NCBI GenBank assembly: GCA_002359655.1
Contig: DENL01000031.1
Location: forward strand, 15,651 to 79,650
Length of the DNA stretch: 64,000 nucleotides
DNA from: Rickettsiales bacterium UBA2645
Lineage (GTDB): Bacteria > Pseudomonadota > Alphaproteobacteria > Rickettsiales > UBA1997
Direction of reading: 5' to 3'
The notes under the pieces are model-generated. The model was not told the DNA's origin and searched no databases. It saw only the letters and a program-made list of their open reading frames with translations. Of this stretch, positions 41,871-48,206 are shown one piece after another. Positions within the stretch are counted from its first letter, which is position 1. Every line of letters begins with the position of its first letter. The position numbers and the translations under genes are program-made.

Positions 41871-42799
41871 TTTTTCAAAACCTCAATTGTATATAAAGCT
41901 TCGGGAGCAGCGAAAAGACCAAAAATCATTTTCAAACAAACTAGAAAAATCAACAAAGCTAAAAAAGAACGCATGCTATCGGCGTCAACTTTATATCCAG
42001 CGCGAGTTCCGATTTGCGCTCCAATTGAAGAGCTGATAATCATCAAAAATGCCAAAACAATATCGACGGAATTGTTAGTAATTGCCTGCAAAAATGTGGC
42101 GTTGCTAGCGATAAAAATAATTTGAAATAAAGAAGTTCCAACCACAACAGATGATGGCATGCGTAAAATATAAATCATCGCCGGAATCATCATAAAACCA
42201 CCACCAATTCCCATCAAAGATACTAAAATGCCAATGCCAATGCTAAGCACAATTGGCACGATAACGCTAATGGTAATTTCAGATTTAGGAAAATGTATTT
42301 GCCACGGCAAGCCATCAATCCAAGATAAAAAGCGCTCAAAACGATCAGAATCTTTTTTCTCCCAAACGATGTTATATTTTTTAGTCGAGATGGTTTTGAT
42401 ACTGTCAATCAGCATCACGATACTGATTGATCCTAAAAAAATCACATAAACCAAAGAAATTACCAAATCAATTTGGCCAGCTTTTTGCAAAACTCTAAAA
42501 AGCGAAACACCAAGGCTGGAGCCAATAAAACCACCAATTACCAAAAACAATCCCATCCTAATATCAACCGTGTGCTTTCGTAAATGTACCATCAATCCTG
42601 AAACTGAAGAAGCGATAATTTGATTAGCCGAAGTTGATACTGCAATTGCTGGCGGAATGCCAATAAACATCAAAAATGGAGTAGCTAAAAAGCCGCCACC
42701 AATACCAAACATACCAGCGAGAAAGCCAGTTGCCAAACCCAGCAGTAAAATTAGTAAAATATTAACCGGAATTTCAGCGATCGGAAGGTAGATTTGCAT
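41867..42799 (-). CDS. TauE/SafE-family anion exporter
   Basis: An ATG at 42799 gives MQIYLPIAEIP. GMFGIGGGF and the repeat MGIGGGFMMIP are present. The longer track ORF overlaps ygfZ and is rejected. Confidence 0.7.
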   Translation of the reverse strand: MQIYLPIAEIPVNILLILLLGLATGFLAGMFGIGGGFLATPFLMFIGIPPAIAVSTSANQIIASSVSGLMVHLRKHTVDIRMGLFLVIGGFIGSSLGVSLFRVLQKAGQIDLVISLVYVIFLGSISIVMLIDSIKTISTKKYNIVWEKKDSDRFERFLSWIDGLPWQIHFPKSEITISVIVPIVLSIGIGILVSLMGIGGGFMMIPAMIYILRMPSSVVVGTSLFQIIFIASNATFLQAITNNSVDIVLAFLMIISSSIGAQIGTRAGYKVDADSMRSFLALLIFLVCLKMIFGLFAAPEALYTIEVLKK

Positions 42800-43599
42800 T
42801 AGCTGACAACGAAAATTTTTTGCCCAGAAAATTGTAAATTTTCTTTGATGTTGGAAAACTCTTGATCCTGTGCAAGCTTGATTAGAGCAAGGGCATGAAG
42901 TTCTGATTGAAAAAAAACTGACGATAGAATTATGCCAACAGATTTTCCTTCGCAAGTTATTTCGGCGTTTTTCTCGATGGCTTTGATTTGATCAATTTTT
43001 ACATGAAAAATTTTTTTGCGAATCTGTCCAAGATAATGTGTACGAGCCGTTAACTCTTGCCCAACATAACAACCTTTCTGATAGTCAATTGCATTTAAAT
43101 CGTCAAAACCAAACTCGAGAATAAATGATTTATCGTAAGTTAGATCAGCTTCGCTTTCTGGAATTTTAAGAGAAATGCGTTTAAAATCGTAAAGTATTTT
43201 TTCTACGGTGAAATCTTTTTGATCTTTGGTTAAGTAGGTTCTATAGCCCAAATTAGAATTACGCGGATCAATAAATTTTCCAGATTTTTCAAAAAAAAAT
43301 ACTTGCAACTCATCATTTTTTTTGATCACAACTTTTGAGCGCAATTTATAAAAATTCAATTTTTGTATAATCTCATCACGTCTTGCTGCAAAGCAATCAA
43401 GCATCAATTTTTCACCATTTTCAAAAATAAAAAAATCATAAAGAAAGCGACCTTGAGCGCCAAGCATGGCAGCGTAAATCAAATTTTCTTGCGAAGCTTT
43501 ATTAACATCGTTGCTTATCAAGCCTTGTAAAAAAGATTTACGGTCAATTCCTTCAAGCTCAATTATAGAACGGTCTGAGAGCAAAATTAAATTATTCAT
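42799..43599 (-). CDS. ygfZ: Folate-binding Fe-S cluster repair / tRNA-modification protein YgfZ family
   Basis: The motif KGCYVGQELTARTHYLG is present. A GcvT-like N-terminus FLQGLISNDV is also present. Confidence 0.7.
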   Translation of the reverse strand: MNNLILLSDRSIIELEGIDRKSFLQGLISNDVNKASQENLIYAAMLGAQGRFLYDFFIFENGEKLMLDCFAARRDEIIQKLNFYKLRSKVVIKKNDELQVFFFEKSGKFIDPRNSNLGYRTYLTKDQKDFTVEKILYDFKRISLKIPESEADLTYDKSFILEFGFDDLNAIDYQKGCYVGQELTARTHYLGQIRKKIFHVKIDQIKAIEKNAEITCEGKSVGIILSSVFFQSELHALALIKLAQDQEFSNIKENLQFSGQKIFVVS

Positions 43600-44623
43600 T
43601 ATTAAGCATTAGTTGTAGATTTTTTTCTAACTTTTCTAAATCAACCACCAGACTTGCTTGGTGAAAATCTTTTACTCTACTATTTTCTCCAATTGCACAT
43701 TCTTGATAAAAATATTTGATACCAAGCATGTCGGCAAGTTTGTAATAGTCAGTTACCGGCTTTTCTTCATGAGGCTTGGTTGCCATTTCTAACATTTTTG
43801 TACCTTCACTCATAAATAGAATATTGGTAAGACCAGCTCCGTGCGAGCTAACTAAATATTTTATTTTTGAACAAATTGCGATTTGATCTTCGTAAGAAAA
43901 CTGATCAATAATAATTTTTTTAAAGCCATATTTTTCAAGTAACGCAACCATTTCATTTTCATTTTCAACAAAGCGCAAGACTTGACCAGCTCGTGAAATA
44001 TAAATTTTATCACCAAATCCAAAATCAGTTTTAATATTTGTAGTCAGAGCTTGGCGTAGATTATTAAAAGCAATCGGATGTTGTTGATAAGTTTCTGCAT
44101 AAGCCAATTCTTTGACTTTAATATTTGATTTACGGCGCAAAAAAACGATTTGGTTTTTTTTAACACCAAGCTTTTCAAGCGATGGTAAAGCAAATTTATA
44201 ACGCGCATATTTTTTTGGTAAAAACAGCAACGAGTTTTCTAATAAATTTTGCTGTTTAAGCGCTAAAAGTTTTACCAAAGCAAATATGTGCCAATGATAA
44301 TAGTTGCTGGTCCATTCGTCGGTAATTAATAAAAATCTTTTTTTGCTAAAATTCAGTTTAGGAAAGATGAATTTCAAAAAAAATTTATAACCTTTGCGAT
44401 AATTATTGTAATTGACTTCACTGATACAGCTATCACGAAAAATTTCAAAATATTTAAAAACCACTGAATTAGTCGCGATGCGGACTTTCGACAAAAATTT
44501 TATTTTTGGCTGCCAACAAGTTTCAGACGAAACATTTTTAAAAATATCGAACTCTGGATTTTTTTCATCAAAGTTAACTGGCTTGCGATATTGGTAATTG
44601 ATTGTTTGAAAGAGTTTTTGCAT
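43592..44623 (-). CDS. GT61/DUF563-like glycosyltransferase
   Basis: SSHGAGLTNILFMSEGTKMLEM resembles the DUF563 core. It is divergent from the GT4 gene 42 nt away. Confidence 0.55.
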   Translation of the reverse strand: MQKLFQTINYQYRKPVNFDEKNPEFDIFKNVSSETCWQPKIKFLSKVRIATNSVVFKYFEIFRDSCISEVNYNNYRKGYKFFLKFIFPKLNFSKKRFLLITDEWTSNYYHWHIFALVKLLALKQQNLLENSLLFLPKKYARYKFALPSLEKLGVKKNQIVFLRRKSNIKVKELAYAETYQQHPIAFNNLRQALTTNIKTDFGFGDKIYISRAGQVLRFVENENEMVALLEKYGFKKIIIDQFSYEDQIAICSKIKYLVSSHGAGLTNILFMSEGTKMLEMATKPHEEKPVTDYYKLADMLGIKYFYQECAIGENSRVKDFHQASLVVDLEKLEKNLQLMLNNE

Positions 44624-44665
44624 TTTATCGTTTTTTTTAAGTATTTACAAAAAGCAGATTCACAC

Positions 44666-45721
44666 ATGAAAATTATAAACGCAATTCACGGGCAATCTAT
44701 TGGCGGAGTTGATCAGGTTTTTCGCGACTACAATGAAGTTTTAATCAAACAAGGTCACGATTTATCGCTACTTATTTCTAATAATGGCAATGATAAATAT
44801 CGAAGTGAAGGAGTGAGAAAAATTTTCAAACTAAAAAATAAGGCGCAGATTTTAGATTTTTCTAAGCTGTTACTAATTCTTATTTTTTTCAGACCTGATT
44901 TGATAATTTGTCATTCTAACCGCTTGATGCGTTGGTCTAAGGTGCTGAAATTTTTTAGTAAAATAAAAATAATCAAAACCAAAACCGTTGCCATTAATCA
45001 TGGTATCACTTTTCAGAAATCTTTATTTTGCGATTACATCATCAGCATTAACGATGAAATAACCAAAATGGTCATCGATTCCGGATTTAGCTCTGACAAA
45101 GCTTTTACTTTGAAAAACGCCATAAAAATTAATCAGCAATTTCAAGAAAAAACTCTAAAAAATCCTCCGATAATAGGAATTTACGGCCGCATCGAGTGGC
45201 GCAAAGGTTATGATATTTTGATCAAGGCTTGCGGATTGATGAAATCTCGGGGTTATGATTTTATTTTAAAAATTGGTGGTTTTGAAATTGTCGGCGACGA
45301 TTGGAGTTGGTCTAATATTGATAAATGGGCTAAAGAGGCAGATATCGAAGATAAATGCCAAAAAGTTGGCGTAGTCACAGATAAGAAAAATTTCTTTTCT
45401 GATGTTGATATTTTTTGCGTTCCATCGCGCGAAGAACCTTTTGGTATCGTTATTTTAGAGTCTTTTCTTCACTCAACTCTACTGATTTCTTCTACAACAG
45501 TTGGAGGAAAGTTACTAGTTGAAGATGGCAAAAACGGCATTCTTTTTGAAAATGAAAATGCCAATGATTTAGCAGAAAAAATAATTACAGCTTTAAATAA
45601 TCCTAACTCTTACAAAGAAATAACACGAAACGCCTTTTTACGACTTGAAAAAGAATTCAGCTTTGATTGTTTGAGCGATAAGATGTCAAAAATTTTACAA
45701 CAAATTAGCAAAAATGCCTAA
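44666..45721 (+). CDS. Glycosyltransferase family 4 (GT-B, GT1 fold)
   Basis: An ATG at 44666 starts the product. The EX7E-like region VPSREEPFGIVILES and GKNGILFE are present. Confidence 0.7.
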   Translation: MKIINAIHGQSIGGVDQVFRDYNEVLIKQGHDLSLLISNNGNDKYRSEGVRKIFKLKNKAQILDFSKLLLILIFFRPDLIICHSNRLMRWSKVLKFFSKIKIIKTKTVAINHGITFQKSLFCDYIISINDEITKMVIDSGFSSDKAFTLKNAIKINQQFQEKTLKNPPIIGIYGRIEWRKGYDILIKACGLMKSRGYDFILKIGGFEIVGDDWSWSNIDKWAKEADIEDKCQKVGVVTDKKNFFSDVDIFCVPSREEPFGIVILESFLHSTLLISSTTVGGKLLVEDGKNGILFENENANDLAEKIITALNNPNSYKEITRNAFLRLEKEFSFDCLSDKMSKILQQISKNA

Positions 45722-46070
45722 GCAAAAACCTAGAATAAATTTTAATAAATTCTTTTTGATCTCAGCTTTAGCAATGTCTTTGACTTCTTGTTCTTTGTTT
45801 ATCGAGTCAATGCCAAAAAGCTGGAATCACGGTTTTAAACCGCGACCGCTAACAGGAACTCGTGGCTTTCCTTCAGCTGATACAGAATATGGCAAAGGTT
45901 TTAAAGATGGCTGCAACACTTCTTGGGATGCAGTTTCAAAAGGTTTACTTGCCGACCTAAACGATCGCAGATACGATTTTAGAAGAATGCAAAAAAGTCC
46001 TGACTACAACACTGGCTGGTGGGATGGCTATGAACAATGCACCTATATTCTGGACCACGATGTTGTATAA
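45714..46070 (+). CDS. Small Cys-pair lipoprotein, paralog 1 of 5
   Basis: It has signal peptide/lipobox LTSC and the motifs EYGKGFKDGC and DYNTGWWDGYEQC. It overlaps the GT4 stop by 8 nt. Confidence 0.65.
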   Translation: MPKQKPRINFNKFFLISALAMSLTSCSLFIESMPKSWNHGFKPRPLTGTRGFPSADTEYGKGFKDGCNTSWDAVSKGLLADLNDRRYDFRRMQKSPDYNTGWWDGYEQCTYILDHDVV

Positions 46071-46413
46071 TATTTCAATCCTAATTTTGACTTTTTTAGC
46101 TTTCGCTTTAAGCGCTTGCGTTATGCCAAATCACTCTGGCTTTTATAATCCAGTTTCTTTGAGTATGGAAGTTCCGGACGGCCCGCCAGAATATAAAGCG
46201 GGTTGGCATGCAGGATGCAAAACTGGATCAGCGCTCAAATCTTTTGCCAATAATGCAGTTTTTCAAAAAAATGGCGGACCTGATTTTGGTAGTGGTGTTT
46301 ATGCTCATGATCCAGTTTATCAAACAGGCTGGGGTCAAGGCTGGTTTGCTTGCTCAATTTATATTGGTAACTTTGTTGCAAACCATTCAATGAGATTTTC
46401 TCCACTAGATTAA
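46060..46413 (+). CDS. Small Cys-pair lipoprotein, paralog 2 of 5
   Basis: An ATG at 46060 gives MLYNISILILTFLAFALSAC. The motifs EYKAGWHAGC and VYQTGWGQGWFAC are present. The start is uncertain (track start 46024). Confidence 0.6.
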   Translation: MLYNISILILTFLAFALSACVMPNHSGFYNPVSLSMEVPDGPPEYKAGWHAGCKTGSALKSFANNAVFQKNGGPDFGSGVYAHDPVYQTGWGQGWFACSIYIGNFVANHSMRFSPLD

Positions 46414-46416
46414 AAT

Positions 46417-46773
46417 ATGAAGATCATTTTTTCGCTTTTTCTATTTTTAATATTTCTAATTACAGTTTCTTGCAAAAGCTATATGGCGGAAATTCTTCCT
46501 GAAAGACCAACTCACAAAATGGATAGTTCCCTTGTCAATGCTTCACCGGAATTTCAACAAGGTTGGAATGATGGTTGTGAGACTGGAATGGCTTCAGGCT
46601 CTAACACTTTTTATAAAATGTTTTATCGCAACAATAAGGTTGATGGCTATAAAATGGCTGGTTCACCTGAATATAAAGTTGCTTGGGGCAATGCATATTG
46701 GTACTGTTATCGTCACGATTATGTAAAACAAAAAAGTCCGATGTTTAAATCAATGTTTAGCGGTTTTCAATAA
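46417..46773 (+). CDS. Small Cys-pair lipoprotein, paralog 3 of 5
   Basis: The signal peptide ends in TVSC. The motifs EFQQGWNDGC and EYKVAWGNAYWYC are present. Confidence 0.65.
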   Translation: MKIIFSLFLFLIFLITVSCKSYMAEILPERPTHKMDSSLVNASPEFQQGWNDGCETGMASGSNTFYKMFYRNNKVDGYKMAGSPEYKVAWGNAYWYCYRHDYVKQKSPMFKSMFSGFQ

Positions 46774-46789
46774 ACCAAATTTTGTCCAA

Positions 46790-47386
46790 ATGAATATTTT
46801 AAAAAAAATTTTATTAATATTTCTACTTTGCCAAGTAATGACTGGCTGTAAATGGTTTAGCTCAGCTGGCACAACTTACTATGCTTGGACAAATTTTAAA
46901 GTTCCCGAAGGTACTCCAGTTTTTCAACAAGGCTTTAAAGACGGATGTTCAACAGTTTTATATGCTCGTGGTAACGACTTTTATCATACTCGCTACAAAT
47001 ACAAATATGACCCAACTTTAATTGGCAACACTGAATATCGCTTTGGCCATCAGCGAGGATATACTTGGTGCTTTCAAACCGTATTATCCGCTGTATCTGG
47101 TCCAAACGGCGCTCCAGATAAATTTCTATTTGTTTATGGCAATGAATCTTGGGGATTTGATGCCAGCCCAGGAGACATTAACAACTCTGGTCTTTTTGGT
47201 GGACAGGGCGGAGATAGCGCCTTCAATAGCTCTCTAACAACTCCGGGATCTGGTGTAAATGCCATGTTTGATGTATTTCAAAAAGGTACCGATTCTACTG
47301 GTGTTGGCGGTGTTGGTGGTACCGTATTTGGTACAAATCCACTTTGGTCTGGTGGCTCAAGCGGACAATTTTTAGGTTGGTATTAA
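46790..47386 (+). CDS. Cys-pair lipoprotein, paralog 4 of 5, with Gly/Ser-rich C-terminal extension
   Basis: The signal peptide ends in MTGC. The motifs VFQQGFKDGC and EYRFGHQRGYTWC are present. The Gly-rich tail ends in GQFLGWY. Confidence 0.65.
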   Translation: MNILKKILLIFLLCQVMTGCKWFSSAGTTYYAWTNFKVPEGTPVFQQGFKDGCSTVLYARGNDFYHTRYKYKYDPTLIGNTEYRFGHQRGYTWCFQTVLSAVSGPNGAPDKFLFVYGNESWGFDASPGDINNSGLFGGQGGDSAFNSSLTTPGSGVNAMFDVFQKGTDSTGVGGVGGTVFGTNPLWSGGSSGQFLGWY

Positions 47387-47389
47387 AAT

Positions 47390-47911
47390 ATGTATAAAAA
47401 AATTCTGATAATTTTTCTGATTTGTTTTATCTCAAATTGCTCAACGCCAAACTGGTATAAACCAATGGGATATGCCTTGTTTAGCCAGATGCCAAAAGGT
47501 GGAACTCCGGGTTTTAGACTGGGCTGGATTCACGGCTGCGAATCTGGTCTTGGTAGTCAATTCGCTGGAGCTTTTTACATGACTTTTTACACTTGGAGAC
47601 GCGATGTCGACATTGCTTCAGTTGATCCAAATATTTCAAAAATCAGAGCGCGCTATAAAAAAGAATTGCGCGCGGTTAATTGGGACAACCCAACCGAAGT
47701 CAGCAAAAACTTAAGCGACTATAATACAATATTTTGGGGCGCTCACGCCTTTTGTCGTCACTCTGCACTTGGTATTTTACAAACTGCTGATATGGAGCCC
47801 TCTCTTCCTGGTAGTGAGCGTTACAACATGATGGCTCATAGCGTTGGTAATGTTTTTAAAATTACTGGAAAAGGTGATACTCGCTGGGGCGCAAGAGGTA
47901 GTATGTGGTGA
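47390..47911 (+). CDS. Cys-pair lipoprotein, paralog 5 of 5, with insertion and C-terminal extension
   Basis: The signal peptide ends in ISNC. The motifs GFRLGWIHGC and DYNTIFWGAHAFC are present. Confidence 0.6.
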   Translation: MYKKILIIFLICFISNCSTPNWYKPMGYALFSQMPKGGTPGFRLGWIHGCESGLGSQFAGAFYMTFYTWRRDVDIASVDPNISKIRARYKKELRAVNWDNPTEVSKNLSDYNTIFWGAHAFCRHSALGILQTADMEPSLPGSERYNMMAHSVGNVFKITGKGDTRWGARGSMW

Positions 47912-47936
47912 GAAAACAGCCTAAACGGCTGTTTTC
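47912..47936 (+). terminator. Terminator-like hairpin immediately after the lipoprotein array
   Basis: A perfect 10-bp stem gaaaacagcc/ggctgttttc has loop taaac and starts 1 nt after the stop codon. There is no separate T-run beyond the stem. Confidence 0.4.
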
Positions 47937-47946
47937 GGCATGTTGT

Positions 47947-48117
47947 CTCTAACTCGAACCAATTACTCTCACCTTGAGGGAGAGTCGAATTTCCTTAAAG
48001 GAAATTCGGTGAGGGGTCGCGGAGTTAAGAACTTTATTAACTAGTTGAACCCCTCCTCGAATCGCTTCGCTCTTCGATCCTCCCTCAAGGGGAGGATTAT
48101 TCGGATCGAGTTTTTTT
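47947..48117. repeat. Nested-palindrome repeat element (RPE/MITE-like), copy 2, inverted relative to copy 1
   Basis: Its reverse complement aligns module by module with 13549-13720. Shared modules are aaaaactcg, atcctccccttgagggaggatcga, ttcgaggaggggt, gacccctcaccga, gactctccctcaagg.gagagt and cgagtt. The central core differs. Confidence 0.75.
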
Positions 48118-48206
48118 AAACTTTCACTTTGATTTTTCCCTTTACGATTTCTAAATTGCGACGAAATTTCTCTAGGCTGAATCTCTAAAATTTTTCTTGA
48201 AAAAAA

